In this document: in pieces, positions 50,305 through 61,876 of the stretch
How the letters are laid out: every line of letters starts with the position of its first letter
Numbering within the stretch: the stretch's first letter is position 1
Assembly: GCA_963765095.1 (NCBI GenBank)
Contig: CAVXUV010000021.1
Span: 15,133-79,132 of the forward strand
Direction: 5' to 3'
Source: an uncultured Alphaproteobacteria bacterium
Lineage (GTDB): Bacteria; Pseudomonadota; Alphaproteobacteria; Micropepsales; Micropepsaceae
Length of the DNA stretch: 64,000 bases
Made by a program: the position numbers and the translations under genes
Notes under the pieces: generated by a model
Told to the model about the DNA's origin: nothing
The model's database searches: none
The model's input: only the letters and a program-made list of their open reading frames with translations

Positions 50305-51066
50305 ATGACCGCCAAGGACGATCCCACCGCCAGCTTCGGTTTCCGCGACGTGCCCGAGGCGGAGAAGGAAGCCATGGTGCGCGAGGTCTTTTCCTCCGTT
50401 GCCTCGCGCTATGACCTGATGAACGACCTGATGTCGGGCGGCATCCATCGCATCTGGAAGGACGCGATGGTGGAATGGCTCAACCCCCAGCCCGGCTGGC
50501 GGGCGCTGGACGTGGCAGGCGGCACCGGCGACATCGCCATGCGCATCACCGCGCTGACACGGGCGCGGGGCGATGCCGCCCTCGTCACGGTGTGCGACAT
50601 CAACCAGGACATGTTGCAGGAAGGAAAGCGCCGGGCCCGGGAAAAGCGCGAGGACACGGTCGAATGGGTTTGCGCCGACGCGGAAAAGCTCCCCTTCCCG
50701 GATGCGCAGTTCGACGGCTACACTATCGCCTTCGGCATCCGCAACTTCACGCATATCGACGCGGCCTTGCGCGAAGCGCGCCGGGTGCTGAAGCCCGGCG
50801 GGCGGTTCCTCTGCCTGGAATTCTCGCATGTGGATCTGCCGGGGCTGGACAAGATTTATGACAGCTACTCCTTCAAGCTTCTGCCAAAGATGGGTGGTCT
50901 GGTGGCGGGCGATGAAGCCTCTTATCGCTATCTCGCCGAAAGCATCCGCCGCTTTCCCTCGCGCGAAGCCTTTGCCGCGATGATCGCGGAGGCGGGCCTC
51001 GGCCAGGTGAAAGTCCGCGTCCTGTCGGGCGGGATTTGCGCCATGCACTCGGCTTGGCGTCTCTGA
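50305..51066 (+). CDS. ubiE: Ubiquinone/menaquinone C-methyltransferase
   Basis: [24 protein letters not shown]; LDVAGGTGD; [12 protein letters not shown]. Confidence 0.97.
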   Translation: MTAKDDPTASFGFRDVPEAEKEAMVREVFSSVASRYDLMNDLMSGGIHRIWKDAMVEWLNPQPGWRALDVAGGTGDIAMRITALTRARGDAALVTVCDINQDMLQEGKRRAREKREDTVEWVCADAEKLPFPDAQFDGYTIAFGIRNFTHIDAALREARRVLKPGGRFLCLEFSHVDLPGLDKIYDSYSFKLLPKMGGLVAGDEASYRYLAESIRRFPSREAFAAMIAEAGLGQVKVRVLSGGICAMHSAWRL

Positions 51067-52583
51067 TGGGCATGGTGGCGAGCTTTTTGCGCCTGATCCA
51101 GGCGGCATGGCTGCTGGCGCCGCGCCTGTGGGATTTTCACAAGGGCCGGCCCGACGCAGGCACCAGGCTTGCCGCAACTTTGGAGCGGCTGGGGCCCGCC
51201 TATATCAAGCTGGGCCAGATGCTGGCGACACGCCCCGACATCGTGGGCGAGGACGTAGCCTCGGCGCTGGAGCATCTTCAGGACCGGCTCCCGCCTTTCT
51301 CCGAGGACGCGGCGCGCAAGGTCATCGCCAAAAGCTTGGGCCGCCCTGTGGAGACCCTATTCTCCCGCTTCGGTGCGCCGGTGGCGGCCGCTTCCATTGC
51401 GCAAGTGCACCGCGCCACCACCCCCGATGGCGTGGACGTCGCGGTCAAGGTGCTGCGTCCAGGCATCGAGACGTTGTTCGCGCGGGACCTCCGCGCGCTG
51501 GCGCTTTTCGCCCGCGCCGCCGAAAGCATTTCCAGCGAAGCCCGGCGCCTGCGGTTCACTGCCCTGGTCGAGATGCTGGCCGCGTCGGTGGCGCTGGAGC
51601 TTGATCTGCGCATGGAAGCGGCGGCGGCGTCGGAGCTTTATGACCGCACCAAGGGCGACGCGGAATTCCGCGTGCCCCATGTGGACTGGACACGGACCTC
51701 GGCGCGCGTGCTCACCAGCGAGTGGATCGATGGCGTGCCCATTCGCGACCCCGAGCTGTTGCGGGCGGCGGGTTACGATCCCCGGAAAATCGCGCTGACT
51801 TTGGTCCGGAGCTTTCTCACCCAGGCGCTGCGCGACGGTTTTTTCCATGCCGACATGCATCCGGGCAATCTCTTCCTCGACAAGCAGGGACGGCTGGTGG
51901 CCGTGGATTTCGGCATCATGGGCCGGCTCGATGCCGGGATGCGCCGCTTCATGGCCGGCACCCTGGCGGGCTTTCTTGCGCGCGATTATCGTCGCGTGGC
52001 CGAGCTCCATTACGATTTCGCCTTCGTCCCGCCCCAGCATCCGGTTGAGACGTTTGCCCAGGCCCTGCGGGCGATCGGCGAGCCCATTTTCGGCAAGCGC
52101 GCGCGTGATGTCTCCATCGCCCGTCTTCTGGCGCAGCTGTTCGAGACCACGCGCCGCTTCGACATGCAGGCGCAGCCGCAACTGGTCCTGTTGCAGAAGA
52201 CCATGGTGGTGGTCGAAGGGGTGGCGCGCAGCCTTGATCCCGATTTCGACATTTCGGAAGCGACACGGCCGGTGGCGGAGCAATGGGTGTCGGACAATTT
52301 CGGTCCCGAGGCGCGGCTGGCGCGCGCCGCCGAAGGCGTGAGCGCACTGGGCAAACTGGCGCAAGACCTGCCGCAACTGGTGAAGAATGCCGAGCAGCTC
52401 TTCCAGATGGTGGCGGAAGGCGGGGTGCGGCTTCATCCCGATACGGCGCGCGAAATCGCCCATGAACAGGAACGCAAGGGCAGACCCGCGCGCGTGGTTC
52501 TCGATCGCGCTCCTGGCGGTCCTGGTCGTGGCGGTGTTATGGCGCTGGCATGGGCTTTTTTGAAAGCCACAAGAAGCGGCTGA
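51066..52583 (+). CDS. ubiB: UbiB/ABC1 protein kinase-like ubiquinone biosynthesis protein (C-terminus possibly frameshifted)
   Basis: LGPAYIKLGQ; AAASIAQVH; VAVKVLRP; FFHADMHPGN; DFG. Confidence 0.96.
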   Translation: MGMVASFLRLIQAAWLLAPRLWDFHKGRPDAGTRLAATLERLGPAYIKLGQMLATRPDIVGEDVASALEHLQDRLPPFSEDAARKVIAKSLGRPVETLFSRFGAPVAAASIAQVHRATTPDGVDVAVKVLRPGIETLFARDLRALALFARAAESISSEARRLRFTALVEMLAASVALELDLRMEAAAASELYDRTKGDAEFRVPHVDWTRTSARVLTSEWIDGVPIRDPELLRAAGYDPRKIALTLVRSFLTQALRDGFFHADMHPGNLFLDKQGRLVAVDFGIMGRLDAGMRRFMAGTLAGFLARDYRRVAELHYDFAFVPPQHPVETFAQALRAIGEPIFGKRARDVSIARLLAQLFETTRRFDMQAQPQLVLLQKTMVVVEGVARSLDPDFDISEATRPVAEQWVSDNFGPEARLARAAEGVSALGKLAQDLPQLVKNAEQLFQMVAEGGVRLHPDTAREIAHEQERKGRPARVVLDRAPGGPGRGGVMALAWAFLKATRSG

Positions 52584-53963
52584 CTAGAAGCACGGCGGCA
52601 ACGGTGAGCCCGAACGCCAGTCCTAGCCAGATGCCCAATCCCTGCATGTGCAGAACAAAGCCCAGAAGCACGCACATGGGCGCACCCCCGAGCCAATAAG
52701 ACGCTCCCGCGAGCCACATCGGCCCCTGTGCATCCTTCAGACCGCGCAAGCTCATCGAGGCGGTGACCTGAAGCCCATCCATCAGCTGGAACGCCGCCGC
52801 CACATGCAGGAAGGTGACGGCCAGCGCCAGCACGTCGGCATTGGCCCCTATGTCGGGCAACCACAAGGTGGCGATGGTGCGGGGAAAGATCAGCAGCACC
52901 AGCGCCATGGAAAGCATGAAGAGGGCGCCCAATCCCATGGCGGTAAGGCCGGCGCGCCGCGCGCCATAGGCATCGCCCGCGCCCGCCGCCAATCCCACCC
53001 GCACCGTGGCCGCCAGTCCGATGCCCAGCGGAATCATGAAAGTGAGCGAGGGAATGGTGATGGCGATCTGATGCGCCGCCAAAGGCGCAATTCCGAACGT
53101 GCCCATCGCCAAAGTGGCGGCGTTGAACAGCGCCACTTCGAACAGCATGGTGACGCCGATCGGCAGGCCCAGATGGAACAGCTCGGCCAGCGAGCGCCAA
53201 TGGACACGAAAGAAGCGATGCAACATATGGTATTTCTTCAATGCCGGCATCCGAAGCGCGATCACCGACATCACCACCAGGGTGAAGAAATTGGACGAGG
53301 CGCTGGAAAAACCCGCGCCCACCAGACCCAGGCGGGGAAAGCCGAAATGACCGAAGATCATGGTGTAATCGCCCAGCGCGTTGAACAGGATGGCGAGCCC
53401 CATCACGATCATGGGCGGCACCGGGCGGCTGAGCGAGGTCGAAAAATTGCGCAGCACCTGGAACGCCAGCGAGCAGGGAAGGCCCAGCGCCAACGCGGCG
53501 GTATAGCGGCCCGCGTCGGCGGCCAATTGCGGCTCCTGATACAGCAGCAAAAGGATGGGATGGGTGAAAAACAACACCAGCAGCAAAGGCAGCGAAATCA
53601 GCGCCACCGACCACAGCCCCATGCGCACGACGGCACGAACTTCTCGCCTCTCCCGTGGCTTGGCGGATCGTGCATGTCTCCCCACCACATGAGCGATCAT
53701 GGGTGAGACCGCGGAGACTGGCCGGTCCCCATCAGCCAGATGAAGAAGAACACGGTGTTGCCGATGGCGCCCGCGGCCAGCGCTTCCTTGCTGAAATGAC
53801 CCAACATCACCGTGTCGGTGGCAAGAATGATCATCTGCGCCAGTTGCGTTGCGGCCATCGGCACCGCCAGGCGCAAAAGCGCACGCGCCTCCGCCGCCCA
53901 GGCGGCGAAGTTGTGGCCCGTGACGCGGGGTCCGGGATCGCTGACGTCAAGGCTTGCGTCCAT
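52537..53963 (-). CDS. MATE family efflux transporter (frameshift near 53720)
   Basis: LLRLAVPM...TDTVMLGH; GLPIG; AAHQIA; FQLMDGLQV. Confidence 0.92.
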
Positions 53964-54048
53964 GGGTTCTTTTAGCGGATTCGGATGACATATGGGCGCA
54001 ATGCCGTCATGCATTGACGAACAGTCTGCGAAGTTTAGCGTGGCTCCG

Positions 54049-54837
54049 ATGAAATGTTTGAATGTTGCACACAGAGGTGGCGCGGGATTGTGGCCAGAAA
54101 ACACGCTGGTGGCGTTCCGCCATGCGTTCGCGCTGGGGGCCGACGGCGCGGAACTTGATGTTCAGCTATCCGCCGACGGAGTCGTGGTGGTGCATCATGA
54201 TTATCGGCTCAATCCGGCTTTGACCCGCAAGGACGGTGTCTGGCTCAAAGGCAGGACGCCGCGCATCAAAGATCTCAGCTTCGCGGAAATGCAGGACTTT
54301 GACCTGGGCCGCGCCGATCCAGGAAGTGATTACGTCCGAGAGCATCCGATACTCACGGCGGAAGACGGCGCGCGGATACCTTCATTGAAAGAGGTCGCGG
54401 CGCTGCCGGCGTCATTCCTTCTGCTGGTGGAACTGAAGTCTTCCACCGATCCCGCCTCGGCCGATCCCATCGCCTTGGCCGATGCCGCCTTCGAAGTGAT
54501 GAAGGATCAACTCCCCCGCACCATCTTTGTCGGGTTCGACTGGCGCGGTCTGGCAGAGATCAAGAAACGCGCGAAAGATGCGCGCTGCTGGTTCACCACC
54601 GATGAACTCAAAGGTGATGCGCGTCTGGTGCTGGATGTGATCAAGGCCGCGGGCGGCGACGGCTGGTTTCCCCGCTACCAGGACGCCACCGCCGAGATGG
54701 CTGCCCATGCACGCGGGCTGGGGCTTCAGATCGGCGCCTGGACGGTCAACGAAGCGGACGAGATGAAACGTCTGATCGATCTGAAGTTGGACGCGATCTG
54801 CACCGACCGGCCGGATCTCTTAAAGACCTTCGAATAG
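54049..54837 (+). CDS. Glycerophosphodiester phosphodiesterase
   Basis: [15 protein letters not shown]; [16 protein letters not shown]; AWTVN; ICTDRPD. Confidence 0.93.
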   Translation: MKCLNVAHRGGAGLWPENTLVAFRHAFALGADGAELDVQLSADGVVVVHHDYRLNPALTRKDGVWLKGRTPRIKDLSFAEMQDFDLGRADPGSDYVREHPILTAEDGARIPSLKEVAALPASFLLLVELKSSTDPASADPIALADAAFEVMKDQLPRTIFVGFDWRGLAEIKKRAKDARCWFTTDELKGDARLVLDVIKAAGGDGWFPRYQDATAEMAAHARGLGLQIGAWTVNEADEMKRLIDLKLDAICTDRPDLLKTFE

Positions 54838-55778
54838 CGCCGTGGACAGATAACGTTCGGCGAATGACGGCACGACGGCGACAATGGTCTTGCCCTCGTT
54901 CTCGGGCCGCGCGCCCACTTCCAGGGCCGCGGCGATGGCCGCGCCCGAGGAAATCCCCACCGGAATGCCTTCCAGCTTGGCAGCCTGGCGCGCGGTCTCC
55001 AGCGCCGTTTCGTTGGAGATGGTGATGATTTCGTCGATCACTTTGCGGTCCAGGATGGCGGGAACGAAGCCCGCGCCCAGGCCCTGAATTTTGTGCGGAC
55101 CGGGCTGGGCCGCCGGAAAGCACGGCGCTGTCTTCCGGTTCCAAAGCGATCATCTTCACCAAGGTTTCTTCTCTTTCAGCACCTGGCCCACGCCGGTGAT
55201 GGTGCCGCCCGTGCCCACGCCCGAGATCACAATATCCACCTTGCCCTCGGTGTCGTTCCAGATTTCCTCGGCGGTGGTGACGCGATGGATGGCGGGATTG
55301 GCGGATTCTCGAATTGCTGCGGGATCACGGCGCCGGGAATTTCTTCGGTCAATTCCTGGGCCCGCGCGATGGCCCCGGCGCATGCCCTTGGCGGCGTCGG
55401 TCAGTTCGAGTTCCGCGCCCATGATCAACAGCATCTTGCGCCGTTCCTCCGACATGGATTCCGGCATCACCAGGATCAGCCGATAGCCCTTGGCGGCGGC
55501 AACGAACGCCAGCGCGATGCCCGTGTTGCCGCTGGTGGGTTCGACCAGGACGGATTTGCCGGGGCTGATGCGGCCATCTTTCTCCATCGCCTCGATCATC
55601 GCGACACCGATGCGGTCCTTTACCGAGGACAGCGGGTTGAAGAATTCCAGCTTGAGCAGGATGTCGGCCTTGGCGCCGGCATCCTTGGCCATGCGGTGCA
55701 TGCGCACCAGGGGCGTGTCGCCGATGGTCTCCGTGACCGAATCGTAGATGCGTCCGCGGCCCGGCTTGCCTGTTCCAT
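54820..55778 (-). CDS. cysK: Cysteine synthase A (frameshifted)
   Basis: [16 protein letters not shown]; [12 protein letters not shown]; GVGTGGT; [13 protein letters not shown]. Confidence 0.95.
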
Positions 55779-55787
55779 ACGAACACC

Positions 55788-56240
55788 TCAAATCGTGAAA
55801 TCACTCCCGCTGCCGGCGCGTCAATTCCACGCCATGGGCGCGGGCGCGTTGGCACAGATCCTCGATGGAAATGGCGTCGAGCCGCGCCAGAACATCGTCC
55901 TGAAGGGTCTGGATCAAAGGGACAACGATGCGCAGGCCCAGTTCCGAGCGCGGCCTGATTTTTTCTTCCTCGCCATCCTCGATGCTTTCGGCGATGCGCA
56001 CGACATCGCCGACCGAGATGCGGCGGCGCTCGCGCGCCAGCCGATAACCGCCGCGCGGCCCGCGCACACCCTTGAGGATTCCGGCGCGCACCAATTGCTG
56101 CATCACCTGTTCGAGGTAGCGCTGCGGCACGCCCTGGCGCCGGTGATCTCCTTGGCCTGGACAGGCTCGGGCCTGGCATTGAAGGCGATATCGATCACCG
56201 CTTCCAGCGCCAAAAGCGTCTTGCGGGAAAGCCGCAGCAT
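55788..56240 (-). CDS. Rrf2 family transcriptional regulator (frameshifted)
   Basis: [19 protein letters not shown]; RYLEQVMQQLVRAGILKGVRGPRGGYRLAR. Confidence 0.92.
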
Positions 56241-56695
56241 CATGGCGTCTTGACCGTCATGCCGGTGGAACCGAAGCCGCCCGCGCCGCGCGCGCTGTCC
56301 GACAGGGCGTCGGTCTCCACGATCTCGGCCTGCTCATGGCGGGCGATCACCATCTGGGCGATCTTGGCGCCGCGCTCAATCTTGAACGGCTTGTCGCCAT
56401 GATTGATCAGGATCGCTTTCACTTCGCCGCGATAGTCGCTGTCGATGGTGCCCGGCGCATTGAGCACCGTGACGCCATGGTTGAGGGCAAGCCCCGAACG
56501 CGGCCGCACCTGCGCCTCGACGCCATGCGGCAATTCGATTGCGATGCCGCAGGGAATGGCGGCGCGCTGGCCGGGCAGAAGCTCGATATCGCTTCCACGG
56601 CCGCGATCAGATCGAGGCCGGCCGCAGCCAGGGTCGCGTAATGGGGCAAGCGCCAGATCCTGCCCATGGGCAGCCGTTCAGGATCATCACTTCAT
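56240..56695 (-). CDS. dut: dUTP diphosphatase (frameshifted)
   Basis: AGLDL; QVRPRSGLA; [11 protein letters not shown]; [10 protein letters not shown]. Confidence 0.96.
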
Positions 56696-57884
56696 GCCGC
56701 GTCGTCCCTGAATTTTCGGCGATACGGCGGCCAGGCGGTCGGCGACTTCGGCTTTGGTCATTTCCGGCCAGCTTTCGCCGGTGCGCGCGTGATGAGATGG
56801 ACCTGGTTGCGGTCGCCGCCCATGACATTGCCGGACACATCGTTGGCGATGATCCAGTCGGCGCCTTTGCGGCTGCGCTTGGCGATGGCATGTTCCAGCA
56901 CATCATCGGTCTCCGCGGCAAAGCCGATCAACAGACGCGGGCGCTGCTTGTGCTGCGCCAGGCGCGGCGAGAATGTCGGGATTTTCGACCAGCTGGAGGT
57001 CGGCGGCCTCGTCCGCTCTTTTTGATCTTGCTGTTGTTGGCGATGTCCGGCCGCCAATCGGCCACCGCGGCCGCCATCACCGCGATATCGGCGGGCAGCT
57101 CGGCCTCGCAGGCCGCCAGCATTTCGCGCGCGGTGGTGACACGTTGCAAGCTTGACGCCGAAGGTGCCGGGAGCTCGACCGGGCCGGACACCAGCACGCG
57201 TGTCGGCGCCCGCCCGCGCCAAGGACGCGGCGATGGCATAGCCCTGCTTGCCGGAGGAGCGGTTGGCGAGGAAGCGCACCGGATCGAGCGGCTCATGCGT
57301 CGGCCCCGCCGTCACCAGCGCTTTGAGCCGTCAAGCGGTCCGGGCGTCGCCAAGCGCGCGTTCGATCGCGGCCACGATCTCCAGCGGCTCGGCCATGCGG
57401 CCCGGACCGAATTCACCGCACGCCATCTCGCCGTCATTGGGGCCGACGAAGAGACGCCATCGCGCTTCAAGGTCGCGAAACTGCGCCGGGCCGGCGGGCT
57501 CTGCCACATGCGCACATTCATCGCCGGCGCCATCAGGATTTTCTTGTCGGTGGCAAGCAGCGCGGTGGACGCGAGATCATTGGCCAGTCCGCCGCCAGCT
57601 TGCCCATCAGATCGGCGGTAGCCGGCGCCACCACCACCAGATCGGCCGCGCGCGACAATTCGATATGCCCCATCTCGCTTTCGTCGGTGAGGTTGAAGAG
57701 CTCGGAAAAGACTTTCTCGCCGGTCAGAGCCGACACCGACAAAGGCGTGACAAATTCCGCCCCGGCGGCGGTGAGGATGGCGCGGGCATTCACGCCGCGT
57801 TCGGCCAGCCGGCGGATCAGCTCCAGCGACTTATAGGCGGCGATGCCGCCGCCTATGATCAGAAGAATCGCTTTTGCCGCGCAT
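56692..57884 (-). CDS. coaBC: Bifunctional phosphopantothenoylcysteine decarboxylase/synthetase (many frameshifts)
   Basis: GGGIAAYKSLEL; HIELSR.ADL; APAMNVRMW; TAGPTHEPLDPVRFLANRSSGKQG; GFAAET; IIANDV. Confidence 0.95.
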
Positions 57885-57938
57885 CGCAGTGAAATCTCTC
57901 CGGCCTCAAAAACTACCGATTGTCGAGTGGAAAATATA

Positions 57939-57967
57939 ACAAACTACTCTAGGAAAGTGTAGTTTGT
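57939..57967. promoter_or_regulatory. Inverted repeat, candidate operator
   Basis: ACAAACTAC-N11-GTAGTTTGT in a very AT-rich divergent intergenic region; extra half-site AAACTAC near 57910. Confidence 0.5.
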
Positions 57968-58017
57968 ATAATTCTACAATTATCGATATAAGACAACACC
58001 TTATAACGCTCCGCGGG

Positions 58018-58032
58018 TTAAGGATTCCCTAA
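58018..58032 (+). promoter_or_regulatory. CtrA-like box containing a GANTC site
   Basis: TTAA-GGATTCC-CTAA, one mismatch to TTAA-N7-TTAA. Confidence 0.45.
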
Positions 58033-58071
58033 ACTTACTGTGGTCTGATGTCTCCCGGCTTGGGGGCTAAC

Positions 58072-58323
58072 ATGGTGACGACGAGATCTGGTTTTGGATG
58101 GCCCGTAAAACACCATCTCAGCACGAATGACATGGTGCGCCTGGCCTCGGATTTTGCCGAGGAACATGGCGCGGATGCCTGCGATTACGCCTATCGCGCC
58201 GTGCTGTCGTTCGAGGCGGAAGGCGAGGGCGAACGCGCCTATTTCTGGTTCCTGCTCTTGGTGATGCTGAGCGATATCGCCAGCCACCGGCTCGACCCCG
58301 AAGCGGCCGTCACCATTCATTGA
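58072..58323 (+). CDS. Small hypothetical protein
   Basis: ORF with host-like codon usage; start could be 58048, 58072 or 58132. Confidence 0.6.
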   Translation: MVTTRSGFGWPVKHHLSTNDMVRLASDFAEEHGADACDYAYRAVLSFEAEGEGERAYFWFLLLVMLSDIASHRLDPEAAVTIH

Positions 58324-58465
58324 TTGCCCCCATCTGCCTTCCTCGGGGCAAGCCCTCGGAAGACATCTTCCCCCACCAATGGCTTCGCCATGCGGGGGAA
58401 GAAAGCCGGTGCCCGCCAGGGATGGGATAGGCTAGACTGGCCACCCGACATCTTCCCAGGAACCG

Positions 58466-59410
58466 ATGCCGCTCGATCCGCTGGTAAAGGCTTTTCTCGA
58501 CCAGGCGGCGGCGATGCCGCGCCCCAAGCCATGGGAAACACCCATCGGGGTGCTGCGCAGGAATTTCGCCGGCTTTATGGGCATGGTTGGACCCAAGGAC
58601 GTGCCCGTCGGCAAGACCAAGAATTTCTCCATTCCTGTACCGGCCGGCGAGATCCGCGCCCGTGCCTATGCCCCGGTGGCGGAGGGCGGCGACGCGTTGC
58701 CGGCGCTGATCTATTTCCACGGCGGCGGCTTTGTGGTGGGCGATCTCGACACCCATGACGGGCTTTGCCGTCTGTTCGCCCATGAAGGCGGTTTCCGCGT
58801 GATCGCGGTGGATTATCGTTTGGCGCCCGAGCACAAATGGCCAGCGGCGCTCGACGACGCCGTGGCAGCGCTGAGCTGGATTGCGGAGAATGCGCCGTCC
58901 TTGGGCGTGGATGCCGGGCGCATCGCCGTTGGCGGCGATTCCGCGGGCGGTTTGGTCGCCGCCTGCCTGACGCAGACGATGAAAAAGAAGGGCGGCGTCA
59001 CCATCGCCTTCCAGCTTCTGATGTTTCCTTCCACCGATCTCGCCGGGGGGTTCGCTTCGCTGGAGAAATATGCGGTCGGTTATTTCATGGACAAGCGCAC
59101 CATCGAATGGAACATCGAACAGGTACTGCCCAAGGGCGCCGATCCCACATCTGCGCGAATTTCGCCGTTGCGCGCCAAGGATTTCTCAGGACTGCCGCCC
59201 GCCTATGTGATGCTGGGCGGTTACGACCCGCTGCATGACGAGGGGCTCGCCTATGCCGAGAAGTTGCGCCAGGCGGGCGTGAAAGTCACCGTCGCCGATT
59301 ACAGCGACATGGTGCATTGCTTTATCTATCTGCAGACGGTGTTGCCGCAGGCGCATGAAGCGGTAAGCGCGGCGGCGAAGGCAGTGAGAGACGCCCTGGC
59401 GGAGGCGTGA
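58466..59410 (+). CDS. Alpha/beta hydrolase (HSL-family esterase)
   Basis: HGGGF; DYRLAPEH; GDSAGG; DPLHDEG; MVHCF. Confidence 0.95.
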   Translation: MPLDPLVKAFLDQAAAMPRPKPWETPIGVLRRNFAGFMGMVGPKDVPVGKTKNFSIPVPAGEIRARAYAPVAEGGDALPALIYFHGGGFVVGDLDTHDGLCRLFAHEGGFRVIAVDYRLAPEHKWPAALDDAVAALSWIAENAPSLGVDAGRIAVGGDSAGGLVAACLTQTMKKKGGVTIAFQLLMFPSTDLAGGFASLEKYAVGYFMDKRTIEWNIEQVLPKGADPTSARISPLRAKDFSGLPPAYVMLGGYDPLHDEGLAYAEKLRQAGVKVTVADYSDMVHCFIYLQTVLPQAHEAVSAAAKAVRDALAEA

Positions 59411-59414
59411 ACTC

Positions 59415-59582
59415 TTACTTGATCTTGCCTTCTTTGAATTCGACATGCTTGCGCAGGACGGGATCGTATTTCTTGATTGAGAACTTTTCCGTCATGGTGC
59501 GGGTGTTCTTCTTGGTCACATAGAAAAAGCCGGTCCCGCCTTCGCTGTTGAGGCGAATTTTGGCAGTGGTGGGCTTGGCCAT
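59415..59582 (-). CDS. rpmG: 50S ribosomal protein L33
   Basis: [55 protein letters not shown] (55 aa, below the ORF-track cutoff). Confidence 0.97.
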   Translation of the reverse strand: MAKPTTAKIRLNSEGGTGFFYVTKKNTRTMTEKFSIKKYDPVLRKHVEFKEGKIK

Positions 59583-59668
59583 GGCGGACTCCAAAGAAGC
59601 GTCGAGAGGCGCGGGTTATTGGGGAAAGCGCCCTATCTGTCAAGGCAAAGGCGACAAGTTTATGGAAT

Positions 59669-61876
59669 CTAACGCCTTTTCGGCTTGAAGCGGGTCTTTT
59701 TGCCGGGCTTGGGAGGCCGTCCATGGCCCCCAGCCGCTTTGGCTTCCGCCAGTTCGAAGCGCAGGCCCCCGGTCACAGGCGCGGCCTCCACCAGTTTCAC
59801 TTCCACCGTGTCGCCCATCTTGTAGGTCACGCCGGTGCGCTCGCCCCGCATCGCCAGGGCCCGTTCGTCGAAGCGGAAATATTCGTGACCCAGTAATCGC
59901 GCGGGCAACAAGCCCTCGGCGCCGAACTCGGTCAGCCGCACGAACAGGCCGAATTTGGTGACGCCGGTGATGCGGGCCTTGAAGGTGCCGCCAACCTTCT
60001 CTTCCATGAAAGCCGCGACATAGCGGTCGGTGGAATCGCGTTCGGCCGCCATGGCGCGCCGCTCGGTAATGGAAATTGCTTCCGCGATCTCCGGCAATTG
60101 CTTGATCTCGCGGTCGGTGAGGCCGTCGCCGCCGGGAAGTTTCAGGCCCCTGATCAAGGCGCGATGGACGATAAGGTCGGCATAGCGGCGGATGGGCGAC
60201 GTGAAGTGGGCATATTTCGCCAGGTTCAGGCCGAAATGGCCGATATTGGCGGCGTCATAGATGGCCTGGGCCTGGCTTCTCAACACCACGTCGTTCATCA
60301 CCGCTTCATGCGGCGTGCCTTTGGCCTTTTCCAGGACGCGGTTGAAGGTGCCGGGCTGCACCACTTGGCCCTTGGCGAAGGAGATATTCAGGGTACGGAG
60401 GAAATCGGAAAAGGTATAGAGCTTTTCCCGTGATGGCGTGTCGTGCACGCGATAGATCAGAGGCGTGCGCGCCTTCTCCAGCGCCTCGGCGGCGGCAACA
60501 TTGGCTAGCACCATGCATTCCTCGATCAGGCGCATGGATTCCAGCCGCTCGCGGAAAGCGATACTGTCGATATGACCTTCGGGCGACAATTTGATGCGCC
60601 GCTCCGGCAGGTCCAAATCCAGCGGCTGGCGTTTTTCTCGGGCGATGATGAGGGTTTTGTAGGCAGACCAGAGATCGGCCAACGTCTTCTTCACCAACGC
60701 GCTCATGCCGGCATCGGGGTGGCCGTCGAATGCCGCTTGGGCGCGGGCATAGGTGAGCCGCGCCGCCGACCGCATCACCCCGCGCATGAAATGATGCGAA
60801 CGCTGATGGCCGTTTTTGTCGAACACCATGCGCACGGCAAGGCAAGGCCGGTCCACGCCTTCTTTAAGCGAGCAGAGATCGGCGGATAATTCCTCTGGCA
60901 GCATGGGCACCACGCGGTCGGGGAAATAGGCGCTGTTGCCGCGCTTCAAGGCTTCCTTGTCCAGTGCCGAACCGGGCGTAACGTAATGGGCGACATCGGC
61001 GATGGCGACGACCACAATCTGGCCACCGGGATTGGACGCGTCGTCGTCCGGCCCAGCCCACACCGCGTCGTCATGATCGCGGGCGTCTTCCGGATCGATG
61101 GTGACGAGGGGCACAGCACGAAGATCCGTGCGGCCTCTCGGATCCACAGGTTTGGCGGCCTTGGCTTCATCCAGCACGGCTTGCGGAAACACAGTGGGGA
61201 TGCCATGGGCATGAATGGCGATCAGGCTGATGGTCTTGGGCGAATCCATGCTGCCGATGCGTTCCACCACCCGCACCTTGGCGTTGGCTTTGTTGCCCAC
61301 CAGATCGCACAGCACCAGTTCGTTGTTCTTCGCGCCCGCGGCGTCGCGCTTATCCAGCGCATAGTCGCCACGCGCTTTGCGCTCGACCGGGATCACGCGC
61401 AGGCCATGGGTGGTTTCGCGCACCACGCCCAGCACACGCTCGGCTTCGTTTTCCAGCCGGCGCACAATCCTGGCTTCGTAGCTTTCGCCGCGCCGTTCCA
61501 ACTTGGCCAGGATGCGCGCGCCGGACCCCGGTGCGCCGCCGTCCTTGGGCGGCATCACATGGATCAGAGGGGGTGTTTCCAGGGATTCCCAGTTGAGCGG
61601 CCGCGCCAGCACTTCGCCGTCATCATCCACGCCGATGATTTCCAGCACCGCCATTTCCGGCAATTCGCCCGCTTTGGTCAGGCCGCCCTTGGCGCGCCCC
61701 GCAATCGCGCCTTCGGCTTCCAGTTCGCGCAGCAACCGCTTCAGCACAATGCGGTCAGAACCTTTGAGGCCGGTAAGTTTCGCCAAATCGCGCTTGGTCG
61801 CGCCCGGATGTTCGGCCAACAGGGCAAGCAGGCGGGCTTTATCCAGCTTGGGCGTGGCGGGTTTGGCGCGAGCCAA
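59669..61876 (-). CDS. rnr: Ribonuclease R
   Basis: TIDPEDARDHDDAV; HFTSPIRRYADL; C-terminal S1 domain. Confidence 0.97.
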   Translation of the reverse strand: MARAKPATPKLDKARLLALLAEHPGATKRDLAKLTGLKGSDRIVLKRLLRELEAEGAIAGRAKGGLTKAGELPEMAVLEIIGVDDDGEVLARPLNWESLETPPLIHVMPPKDGGAPGSGARILAKLERRGESYEARIVRRLENEAERVLGVVRETTHGLRVIPVERKARGDYALDKRDAAGAKNNELVLCDLVGNKANAKVRVVERIGSMDSPKTISLIAIHAHGIPTVFPQAVLDEAKAAKPVDPRGRTDLRAVPLVTIDPEDARDHDDAVWAGPDDDASNPGGQIVVVAIADVAHYVTPGSALDKEALKRGNSAYFPDRVVPMLPEELSADLCSLKEGVDRPCLAVRMVFDKNGHQRSHHFMRGVMRSAARLTYARAQAAFDGHPDAGMSALVKKTLADLWSAYKTLIIAREKRQPLDLDLPERRIKLSPEGHIDSIAFRERLESMRLIEECMVLANVAAAEALEKARTPLIYRVHDTPSREKLYTFSDFLRTLNISFAKGQVVQPGTFNRVLEKAKGTPHEAVMNDVVLRSQAQAIYDAANIGHFGLNLAKYAHFTSPIRRYADLIVHRALIRGLKLPGGDGLTDREIKQLPEIAEAISITERRAMAAERDSTDRYVAAFMEEKVGGTFKARITGVTKFGLFVRLTEFGAEGLLPARLLGHEYFRFDERALAMRGERTGVTYKMGDTVEVKLVEAAPVTGGLRFELAEAKAAGGHGRPPKPGKKTRFKPKRR

